The notes beneath the pieces are model-generated. The model was not told the origin of the DNA and searched no databases. It was given only the letters and a program-made list of their open reading frames with translations. A program made the translations under genes and the position numbers. A stretch of 64,000 nucleotides of DNA from an uncultured Rhodospirillales bacterium (lineage in GTDB: Bacteria; Pseudomonadota; Alphaproteobacteria; RF32; CAG-239): the NCBI GenBank assembly GCA_902763185.1, contig CACWQT010000002.1, positions 71,874 through 135,873 of the forward strand, written 5' to 3'. Shown here one piece after another: positions 56,248 through 64,000 of the stretch. The stretch's first letter is position 1, and each line of letters opens with the position of its first letter.

Positions 56248-57882
56248 ATGTTTTTAAGCATCAATAAAAAATTTTTCTTAACCATAACAATTTTTTTTCT
56301 GCTTGTCTCCACATGCTTTATTATCATTTTCGATGGTATCATCGGTAAAAAAATAAGAAGTGAACACACCAACATCATCACGCGTAACCAGTATGTCATA
56401 GAACTCTTAAACGAAAACATCTCTTTAAGAAAAAAGCTCTTAACATTACAACCGACCGATACGGTAGAATTGCAATCCTTAGCCACCCTTGACCAAAAGA
56501 AAGACGAAATTTCCAAAGAGCGCCAACTAAACGAAGAGTTAAACCAAAACTATAATGAAAATTATGCTTCATTAGCTGAAAGTTTTCGTATCATCAGCGC
56601 CAGTGCCGTTTTAACAATTCTATCTTTGTTAATCTTATGGTTTTTATTACAGCGTTGGGTTATTACGCCGATTAATAAGCTGACGGATTTATCCATTGCC
56701 ATCGCCAATGGCGATTTTTCACAACGCTTGCCTATTGCACATAACCAAACCACCGACGAATTTGATACCCTGATGACAACCATCAACTTTATGTTGGATA
56801 ACATTGAAAACAACATTAAAGAAATTAAACGCAACGAAACTTTTTTACAAAATCTTATCGATGCGCTCCCTGATGCTGTCCGTTTGATAGACGACAAACA
56901 CAACATTATCCTCTCAAATAAGGCTTATAATGATTATATCCGCAAACACTATCTTTATCGTTCAAACAAATGCTATGCCGCCTATGAAAAAGGCGCAACT
57001 GCACCTTGTAACGTCAGTAGCTACGTTTGCCCCTTAAGAGAATTACAACAAAAAAGCGATTCTTCTATCACGCTCATTCATGATATCAAAAATCGACCGC
57101 TTTCGGTAAGCTCAGCGCGCATTAACATCAACGGTAGAACCGGTATTGTTGAATCATTCCGTGATTTGCGTGAAAACATCCATTACTCTCACCAACAAAA
57201 AATTTCATCATTGGGCTTTTTAGCGACTTCCCTTGCTCATGAGATGAAAAATAATCTGGGCGCCATTAACATTATCATCAACGGTATTTTGCAAAAATAT
57301 CACAAAAACAATGCGGATAAGACTGAGGAAAAGAAGTATCTGCAAATGATATCCGAGCAAATTCTAGCTTGCACAGCCATACCCGAGCGCTTATTGAAAC
57401 TATCACGCAACACCGGCGATGAAGTCACCGCATTTAATGCCATTGACAGCATTAAAGACATTTTATCACTGTTTGATTATGAAATTAAGCGCAAAGGCAT
57501 TATTGCCACTGCCAACTTTGCCCTCCCCAAAGAAACAATCCGCGGCAATGAAACAGACTTTAAGATGATTATTCTAAATTTAGTGCAGAATGCTATCAAT
57601 GCTATGCCAAACGGCGGAACACTGGACATCATCACCGAAAATCTCAAAAATAAATTGATAATAAAAATCCGCGACACAGGTTGCGGTATGGATAAAGAAG
57701 AGCAAGCTCATATCTTTGAACCATTTTATTCCAAATCTAATGCCAAGAAAAAACAAGGCACCGGACTGGGTTTAGCCATTGTCAGAGATTTATTAACTAA
57801 ATACCGCGCCAAGATAGAAGTTGAAAGCAAGAAAAATCTCGGTTCGTGCTTTACCATAACCTTTCCTTCTAAAAAAATATAA
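56248..57882 (+). CDS. Sensor histidine kinase (2 TM, HAMP, PAS-like, HisKA, HATPase)
   Basis: It has the H-box SLAHEMKNNLGAI, the N-box LVQNAINAM, G1 DTGCGM and G2 GTGLGLAIV. No response regulator is adjacent. Confidence 0.85.
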   Translation: MFLSINKKFFLTITIFFLLVSTCFIIIFDGIIGKKIRSEHTNIITRNQYVIELLNENISLRKKLLTLQPTDTVELQSLATLDQKKDEISKERQLNEELNQNYNENYASLAESFRIISASAVLTILSLLILWFLLQRWVITPINKLTDLSIAIANGDFSQRLPIAHNQTTDEFDTLMTTINFMLDNIENNIKEIKRNETFLQNLIDALPDAVRLIDDKHNIILSNKAYNDYIRKHYLYRSNKCYAAYEKGATAPCNVSSYVCPLRELQQKSDSSITLIHDIKNRPLSVSSARININGRTGIVESFRDLRENIHYSHQQKISSLGFLATSLAHEMKNNLGAINIIINGILQKYHKNNADKTEEKKYLQMISEQILACTAIPERLLKLSRNTGDEVTAFNAIDSIKDILSLFDYEIKRKGIIATANFALPKETIRGNETDFKMIILNLVQNAINAMPNGGTLDIITENLKNKLIIKIRDTGCGMDKEEQAHIFEPFYSKSNAKKKQGTGLGLAIVRDLLTKYRAKIEVESKKNLGSCFTITFPSKKI

Positions 57883-57946
57883 AAAATGCTTGTAAAATAA
57901 GATTTTGCGGTATATAACCCAAAAAAAATAGTCAAAGGAATCTTAT

Positions 57947-58168
57947 ATGAGTAAAGAAGAATTACTTGAATTTACAGGCGATGTTATTGAAAAATTGCCT
58001 AATGCGATGTTCCGCGTACGTTTAGAAAACGGCGTAGAAATATTAGCACATACGGCAGGTAAAATGCGCAAATTCCGCATCCGTATTATGGTCGGTGATA
58101 AGGTAGATATAGAAATGACACCTTATGACTTAACCAAAGGTCGCATCACCTTCCGTCATAAAGACTAA
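57947..58168 (+). CDS. infA: Translation initiation factor IF-1
   Basis: 73 aa. [43 protein letters not shown]. Confidence 0.95.
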   Translation: MSKEELLEFTGDVIEKLPNAMFRVRLENGVEILAHTAGKMRKFRIRIMVGDKVDIEMTPYDLTKGRITFRHKD

Positions 58169-58170
58169 TT

Positions 58171-58200
58171 AAAGCAGGCTCCGTATAAAGCCTGCTTTTT
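58171..58200. terminator. Rho-independent terminator between convergent genes
   Basis: AAAGCAGGCT-ccgtataa-AGCCTGCTTTTT. Confidence 0.8.
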
Positions 58201-58205
58201 AACGC

Positions 58206-58586
58206 TTATTTCGGTGCTACCATTAAAGACTTCACTTCAATTATACGCTGCCCGTCTTCTCTGTCAATTTCACCGAATATCATCACTTTATCCTTTGGTG
58301 TAACAGTTTGACCCTGCCAAACTTTATGACTTATTTCTACCGGAATTTCTGTCGTGCCGTCTGAAAAATGGTATTCTTTATCTCCGACACGTTTGGTAAT
58401 ATATCCTTGAAGAGTAACATAACTGTCATCAGGCATTTTCATAACCTCCGCTATACTCATCGGTGTTGCATTGGTATCCATAAAACCGCCTTTGCCATAA
58501 GACATATCACAGCCGCCATCAGACTTTGCATAGGCATTTAAGCTAACCAAAACTGCAAATAAAGCTAAAAATATCGTTTTTTTCAT
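58206..58586 (-). CDS. YgiW/YdeI-family periplasmic OB-fold (BOF) protein
   Basis: 126 aa with a signal peptide. ...DDSYVTLQGYITKRVGDKEYHFSDGTTEIPVEI... Confidence 0.75.
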   Translation of the reverse strand: MKKTIFLALFAVLVSLNAYAKSDGGCDMSYGKGGFMDTNATPMSIAEVMKMPDDSYVTLQGYITKRVGDKEYHFSDGTTEIPVEISHKVWQGQTVTPKDKVMIFGEIDREDGQRIIEVKSLMVAPK

Positions 58587-58654
58587 CTCTTTCTCCTTTG
58601 TTGAACCGACATCAAAATAATCAGTTCAACGCCCATTTAAACCTCATCTTTGGA

Positions 58655-59056
58655 TTAAAAGCGCACTTCATCTCCGATTTTTATGTGATTTTTTTGAACC
58701 TCGCCGCCGTTTATTTCCAACACATAACAAAACGGCTTATCTGTTGTTATTTTATCTAAACTTAAAGGCTTACAATCAGGCTTTATATCCACCACCTTAA
58801 AATGACACCCGATAAACAACATATCAAGCGGAATATAAGTGTTTTTCATCCACATAACCGCATTAGGATATTGACGCAGATCAAACCACATTCCGCCATT
58901 TTGAGGTATTTTTCTGACAAACATCAGGCCTTGTTTAAGCTCACTTTCCGTCTCCGCCACCTTGACACTAAACGACGCCGTCTTTCCGACACCGATTTCC
59001 CGTGCCTCTGCCGGAAATACCAGACATAAAAAAACAACAAACCACAAATAACGCAT
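58655..59056 (-). CDS. DUF192-domain protein (exported)
   Basis: 133 aa with a signal peptide. GLMFVRK...GMWF and MWMKNTYIPLDMLFI are typical of DUF192. Confidence 0.75.
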   Translation of the reverse strand: MRYLWFVVFLCLVFPAEAREIGVGKTASFSVKVAETESELKQGLMFVRKIPQNGGMWFDLRQYPNAVMWMKNTYIPLDMLFIGCHFKVVDIKPDCKPLSLDKITTDKPFCYVLEINGGEVQKNHIKIGDEVRF

Positions 59057-59134
59057 AAAATCACCTCAATATTTACTTTATTTTAGACTTTTCCCTTTAC
59101 CCTGTCAACAGCAAGCAAAAGGTAATCAAACAAA

Positions 59135-60733
59135 ATGAACAAAAGTTTTATCAACATAACCTTTACTAAACCGGAACTCAAATTATGGCTCTGGTGCTTT
59201 ATAACTTTGTGCTTAACTTTTTCGTTTCTAACCGTAAACCTCATCTGGGGTAATCACGATTGGAACTCAATGATAGTCGGCAATCCCATTACTTCCGGCT
59301 TAATAGAGGGGAGATTTTCCCAATATCTTTTACCCAATCTCTTAATTGACGGACAGATATTTCCATTAATCAACATAATTCTTGGATTTGCCTTTTATGC
59401 CTTAGCGATGGCGCTGCTTTATACGCGTTTTTTTGATTTTAAGCCATCTTTTGCCGGCACTCTTTCATTATGCGCGGTAAGCATCCTCCCCTATATTATA
59501 GAAATCCTTTATTTTCAGTTTATCATCTTAAGCCAACTGTTTTGGCCTTTAACCATAACACTGGCTTTGCTTGCCGCAAAAAAATCATTAACCGACCATC
59601 CTTTAATTTTTATTCCTTTAAGCTCGCTTATATTATTTTTCACCATTGGCGGATACCCTGCCGCTATCAATTTATATCTGACTGCCGCATTACTTTTTTT
59701 ATTACAAAACGCCTCAGAAAAAATAACCTTCAAAAAATTGGTGCCCCTTGCTCTACCATTTATTACTAGTGTTATTGTTTCCTTTATTGCACTTTATGCC
59801 GTGCATCAAGGACTGCAAGCAAACCATAAAATGATGGCTCTATATAACAACCAGCCTTTAAGCCTAAAAGACCTTATCTTAAAAATTCCTTTTATGTATA
59901 AAGCGGTTGTTTTAAGTCTGTTGCAACCGCAACCCTATTTAAGCCTGACCTTAAAGCTGATTATGACAACAATAATTTTATTGTGCTTTATCGCCGATAT
60001 GACCAATAGGAAAGATTCTTTAGACCGACTTTTTCACATAATTTTATGGCTAATTTTACCATTTTGCCTCAAATTCTCTGCGTGGCTGATAAATGAAAAT
60101 CCCGATGAGTATTTTGCACAACACGATCCGGCGACCTTTATGCTGAGAGCCGATTTTTATGCTGTTCCGGTATTTTTAATGTATTGCCTGTCAGCGCTTA
60201 ATCAAAAGAATTATCATTTACTAAAAAACTTGAGTTTTATTCTTGCTTTTGCGCTATTGGGGCTAAATTTAAACGCTGACTTTAATTACTCAAAAGTTCA
60301 AAAGCTGGGCTTTACCGCTGAAACCCTGTTGCAACAACGTATTAATAATCGCATTACGGAAACCGCCCCATTTGATTTTAACAACAATTACATTGTTGTT
60401 CAAGCCGGAGAACTTCCTTTAAGACCACACTATTATATAGCAAAACCACTTGAAAATTATGGTTATTATACAATGCAAATTCCCTCCACGCGCTACTGGT
60501 TACCAAACGAGTTCTACGCCTTTTATGAACCGGAGAATTTTGTCATAACGGAACACGCTATTCTCCCCGAAAATATCACCCCTGAAATGAGAAACTTTTT
60601 AGCTACCAATTTGAAAACCTGGCCCGCTAAATCTTCGCTTTACATAGACAATAGTTACATCATTTTATTCTTAACCCCCAAAGGCAGACAAATGATTACC
60701 AAGCAATTTAAGAATTTAAGGAGCTCCAAATAA
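59135..60733 (+). CDS. Polytopic membrane protein, paralog 1 of 3 (putative GtrC-like GT-C glycosyltransferase)
   Basis: 532 aa. It shares the motifs NLIWGNHDW, SGLIEGRFSQY and GGYPAAIN, about 11 TM, and a conserved C-terminal soluble domain (ITPEMRNFL...WP). Confidence 0.65.
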   Translation: MNKSFINITFTKPELKLWLWCFITLCLTFSFLTVNLIWGNHDWNSMIVGNPITSGLIEGRFSQYLLPNLLIDGQIFPLINIILGFAFYALAMALLYTRFFDFKPSFAGTLSLCAVSILPYIIEILYFQFIILSQLFWPLTITLALLAAKKSLTDHPLIFIPLSSLILFFTIGGYPAAINLYLTAALLFLLQNASEKITFKKLVPLALPFITSVIVSFIALYAVHQGLQANHKMMALYNNQPLSLKDLILKIPFMYKAVVLSLLQPQPYLSLTLKLIMTTIILLCFIADMTNRKDSLDRLFHIILWLILPFCLKFSAWLINENPDEYFAQHDPATFMLRADFYAVPVFLMYCLSALNQKNYHLLKNLSFILAFALLGLNLNADFNYSKVQKLGFTAETLLQQRINNRITETAPFDFNNNYIVVQAGELPLRPHYYIAKPLENYGYYTMQIPSTRYWLPNEFYAFYEPENFVITEHAILPENITPEMRNFLATNLKTWPAKSSLYIDNSYIILFLTPKGRQMITKQFKNLRSSK

Positions 60734-62289
60734 TGAATAAGCTCTTAAAAAAATTCAACCTCACAGCAGATAAAACTGATTTAAAGAGTTTATGCATCAG
60801 CTTTGCCCTCATTAATTTTGTTTTTCTTTATAACACTCTAAACTTTTTGTGGGGCAATCACGATGTTAAATTCGTAAAGGACGGATTAGAACTTTCATCC
60901 GGTCTGTTTGAAGGACGTTTCACCCAATTTATTCCGCATGTTTTATTAACCAATGGTGAGATTCTCCCGATATTAAACAATTTTTTAGGCTTTTTCTTTT
61001 TAACCATCGGTTTATGGATATTGGCAAAATACTGGGATATCAAAAAAACTTGTCTTAACTATGTTCTTTTTATCACCTTTTTTGCCACTATCCCTTATAC
61101 CTTATCGTGGCTCTACTTTACTTTTATTACACTCAGTTGCCTGCTCTGGGTATTCTTTGCCATATTAGGGCTACAGCTCTCTGCCTATATTGCAAACAGT
61201 CATCATAAGACCATTTTAACATTTATATCCGCTTTGTTCTTTTACCTGCCTTTAGGCGGTTATCCGCCGGTAATAAACACCATTGCCGTTTGTTTAATGG
61301 CAAAAATATGCTTTACTTATTTATTCGAAAATAAACGTTTAAGCGCAATCATCAAGACCTATCAATACACAGTTTATGCTGTGCTGATTGCAGCATTTGC
61401 CACCAAGCTCACCTTAAAAATTATTGAACCGGATAATGTGTATAACCTTGAAATGATGCCTTTTGCCGAAATTCCGCAAAAACTCATTTCCATTATCAAA
61501 ATATCAGTCATACAATTTGGCTTATCCCAACCATTTATGGAAATCGGTTATAAAATCATAATGCTTATAATGGTTTTAACCGCCATCACCGGAGCCATAC
61601 TAAAGGCCAATACCATCACAAAAAGATTAACCACGCTCGCTTTGCTTATTCTGACCGTCTTAGCCGCCGCCACGACTACCTTTTTGGTTATTCCCCATAC
61701 CGAATATGTTTCTCGTATTGATTTCTACGGTATTGCTTTTGTTTACAGCTTCACCTTAGCACTTCTCTTAAAATTCAAATTACCTTTAGCCCGAAGTCTC
61801 GCTTTGATATTTATGATGATACTTATTCCTTTTAACCTGATAAACGACTATCGCGCACAAAAAATTTGGCAACAGGGACAAACGGCAGAATTTCAAATTT
61901 TAGATAATCTTATGGAGCGAATTGAAAGTCACCCTAATTTTGACACCAACCAAAAATATCATTTCCGCCAACTGGGTGATATTTCCATGCGCCCCCGTTA
62001 TTATAAACAAAACTTTGCCTATAATGAGCCGTTTTTATTAGCACTTCCGTATCTTGCCATGTGGCAAGGCGCGCGTTTAGTCGAGTTCTTTAGCCCCTAT
62101 GAATATATAGACCAAATAACACCGCTGTCTCCCTCAGACATCACCCCCGAACTGCATCAATTTATGATGACAACCGCACGCCCGTGGCCCGATAAAGACA
62201 GTATTTACGTTAAAAATAATGTGATTATTGTTATCTTTTCTCAAAACGAATTGGATGAATTCCGCAAAATGATTGAAAAACTGAACTAA
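60733..62289 (+). CDS. Polytopic membrane protein, paralog 2 of 3
   Basis: 518 aa with NFLWGNHDV, SGLFEGRFTQF and GGYPPVIN, and the C-terminal ITPELHQFM...WP. Its start overlaps the paralog 1 stop (TAATG). Confidence 0.65.
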   Translation: MNKLLKKFNLTADKTDLKSLCISFALINFVFLYNTLNFLWGNHDVKFVKDGLELSSGLFEGRFTQFIPHVLLTNGEILPILNNFLGFFFLTIGLWILAKYWDIKKTCLNYVLFITFFATIPYTLSWLYFTFITLSCLLWVFFAILGLQLSAYIANSHHKTILTFISALFFYLPLGGYPPVINTIAVCLMAKICFTYLFENKRLSAIIKTYQYTVYAVLIAAFATKLTLKIIEPDNVYNLEMMPFAEIPQKLISIIKISVIQFGLSQPFMEIGYKIIMLIMVLTAITGAILKANTITKRLTTLALLILTVLAAATTTFLVIPHTEYVSRIDFYGIAFVYSFTLALLLKFKLPLARSLALIFMMILIPFNLINDYRAQKIWQQGQTAEFQILDNLMERIESHPNFDTNQKYHFRQLGDISMRPRYYKQNFAYNEPFLLALPYLAMWQGARLVEFFSPYEYIDQITPLSPSDITPELHQFMMTTARPWPDKDSIYVKNNVIIVIFSQNELDEFRKMIEKLN

Positions 62290-62335
62290 CCGTGTTAATA
62301 AAAAGTATACTCTTGAAAGAAAGGTGGCGTATCTG

Positions 62336-63280
62336 ATGGAAAAATTAAAAGAATTGGCAATTATTGTTCCTTGTTATAACGAAGAGGAAATTTTACCCAA
62401 AAGCATCAAGACTTTGATTGCTTTAAGAGAAAACCTTATCAAAAAAGAACTGATTGCTAAAACCAGTAAATTGGTATTTATCAACGATGGCTCTAAAGAT
62501 GCGACTTGGAATATTATTACCAAAGAACATCAAAAAAATCCGTTTATCAAAGGCATCTCATTTTCCAGAAACTTCGGTCATCAGGCCGCCCTTTTAGCCG
62601 GCATGTATAATACCGATGCTGATATTTATATCACCATTGACGCAGACCTTCAAGATGATCCCAAAGTCATAGAGGACATGATAAAATGCTGTTATGAAGG
62701 TTATGAAGTGGTTTACGGCGTGCGTAAACATCGTGATACGGACAGCTTTTTTAAGCGTAATACCGCCTTGCTGTTTTACAAACTGATGAAAATTCTTGGC
62801 GTAGAACTGGTTGCCAATCATGCGGATTTCCGCCTTTTGAGCCGTCGCGCCGTGGAAGCTATGTCAAAATTTACCGAAAAAAATTTATTTTTACGCGCCA
62901 TTGTTCCGCTAATTGGCTTCAAATCTTGCAATGTTTACTATGACCGCCAAAAGCGCACCGCCGGCACCACCAAATATCCGTTAAAGAAAATGGTTTTATT
63001 TGCCTTAAAAGGTATCTCCAGTTTTTCAACCGTGCCTCTGCATTTAATAACATTATTCGGTGTTCTGATTTCTGTTGTCAGCTTTTTCTTAATGCTCTGG
63101 ACCATATGCGCTTATTTTAACGGTTCAACCATTGTCGGGTGGGCATCTCTGATGTCGGTTATCACTTTCTTTAGCGGTATCACCATATTGTTTATGGGGA
63201 TTATCGGCGAATACATCGCAAGCATTTTTGTTGAGGTTAAAAATCGCCCGACCTACATTATTGATGAAACTTTGGACTAA
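62336..63280 (+). CDS. GT2 polyisoprenyl-phosphate glycosyltransferase (GtrB-like), paralog of 50441..51409
   Basis: LAIIVPCYNEE, NDGSKDAT, DADLQDDPK, two C-terminal TM helices, and GIIGEYIASIFVEVKNRPTYII. I chose the ATG at 62336, which has an AAGGTGG RBS; the track starts at a GTG at 62324. Confidence 0.85.
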   Translation: MEKLKELAIIVPCYNEEEILPKSIKTLIALRENLIKKELIAKTSKLVFINDGSKDATWNIITKEHQKNPFIKGISFSRNFGHQAALLAGMYNTDADIYITIDADLQDDPKVIEDMIKCCYEGYEVVYGVRKHRDTDSFFKRNTALLFYKLMKILGVELVANHADFRLLSRRAVEAMSKFTEKNLFLRAIVPLIGFKSCNVYYDRQKRTAGTTKYPLKKMVLFALKGISSFSTVPLHLITLFGVLISVVSFFLMLWTICAYFNGSTIVGWASLMSVITFFSGITILFMGIIGEYIASIFVEVKNRPTYIIDETLD

Positions 63281-63283
63281 GCC

Positions 63284-64000
63284 ATGGCAAAAAACAAATC
63301 AACATCATTTCCTTATCAGTGTTGGTTAAAGATATACCTTTTAAGTCTGCTCTGCTTTGCGCCTTTTTTAATCAATTTTATGTGGGGAAACCATGATTGG
63401 AGTTGGGTAAAGGAATACACCCCTCTCTTAAGCGGTGTATTTGAAGGAAGATTTTCCCAATTTATTTTGCCGACTGCTTTATTTTCAGGAAACATTTTAC
63501 CCGTGCTAAGTATCGCCGGCGGACTATTGTTTTATAGTTTTGCTACAGTGTTGTTATTAAAATTATGGGATTTTCCAAATAAAAATATTTCTTTTCTGCT
63601 CTTAGGGCTTTTTATCATCACCTCGCCTTATACCTTATCATGGTTATATTTTGCCTTTCTAACTCTAAGCTGCCTCTCTTGGACTTTTGTAATTGTTTAT
63701 GCCTTCTACCTTATCAACAAGAGTAATCTTTCAAAAAAATGGTCTTTCCCCTTAAGTGCCCTTTGTATGGCATTGGCCCTAGGCGGATATCCGCCGGTCA
63801 TAAACATGATAGGCGTTATCTTTTTTACATTAATCTTAAATGATGTTTGCCTAAATAACTATACCCCGAAAACCATTATAAAAAAATACATTCCTCAAGC
63901 ATTTACCGTTTTATGCGGTGCATTGTTATTTTTGGTGGCGATGCATATTCTCAAACATTATCAGTTGCAATACGATACATACAATACAGCAAACATCAGC
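63284..64000 (+). CDS. Polytopic membrane protein, paralog 3 of 3 (partial; runs off the right edge)
   Basis: My own translation gives MAKNKSTSFPYQCWLKIYLLSLLCFAPFLINFMWGNHDWSWVKEYTPLLSGVFEGRFSQF...LGGYPPVINM... The frame is open for all 239 codons to the window end. It is absent from the ORF track because it has no stop codon. Confidence 0.65.
   Translation, partial: MAKNKSTSFPYQCWLKIYLLSLLCFAPFLINFMWGNHDWSWVKEYTPLLSGVFEGRFSQFILPTALFSGNILPVLSIAGGLLFYSFATVLLLKLWDFPNKNISFLLLGLFIITSPYTLSWLYFAFLTLSCLSWTFVIVYAFYLINKSNLSKKWSFPLSALCMALALGGYPPVINMIGVIFFTLILNDVCLNNYTPKTIIKKYIPQAFTVLCGALLFLVAMHILKHYQLQYDTYNTANIS

Overview
This is a 64-kb chromosomal window from a moderately AT-rich bacterium. I read it as alphaproteobacterial because it carries a circularly permuted two-piece tmRNA with the tag ANDNFAPVAVAA and an alpha-type SspB immediately downstream. 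Most of the window is housekeeping: mreC(partial)-mreB, miaA, ddl, a U32 peptidase, a fragmented ribosomal alpha-operon remnant (secY ... rpsM-rpsK-rpoA), trmB, ssrA-sspB, the glycogen genes glgB-glgX-malQ, NfeD/SPFH, ybaK, ampG, murJ, nfu, gloB, infA and two tRNAs. I saw no rRNA, CRISPR array, transposase, integrase or reverse transcriptase. Five items deserve a second look. (1) An AT-rich two-gene cassette sits exactly where adk normally lies between secY and rpsM; it encodes an exported-SH3b/TM/cytoplasmic-MORN-repeat protein and a Ycf46-like AAA+ ATPase. (2) A family of long, structure-conserved hairpin elements of two subtypes shows compensatory base changes between copies; a copy sits at every break of the ribosomal gene cluster. 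(3) A roughly 12-kb accessory block lies between tRNA-Val and tRNA-Met. It holds a Pmp-repeat autotransporter, a LysR-linked exported redox/hydrolase cluster with decaying genes, and an ArsR-permease-thioredoxin-like operon. It ends in a 21-nt duplication of the tRNA-Met 3' end inside an odd tRNA-like fragment. (4) An orphan 378-aa protein behind a near-consensus promoter converges on a pentapeptide-repeat protein that has an NLS-like basic patch. (5) Three tandem paralogous polytopic membrane proteins are interleaved with a GtrB-like GT2 transferase. All functional calls come from reading motifs by eye and from memory of protein families; no searches were run.
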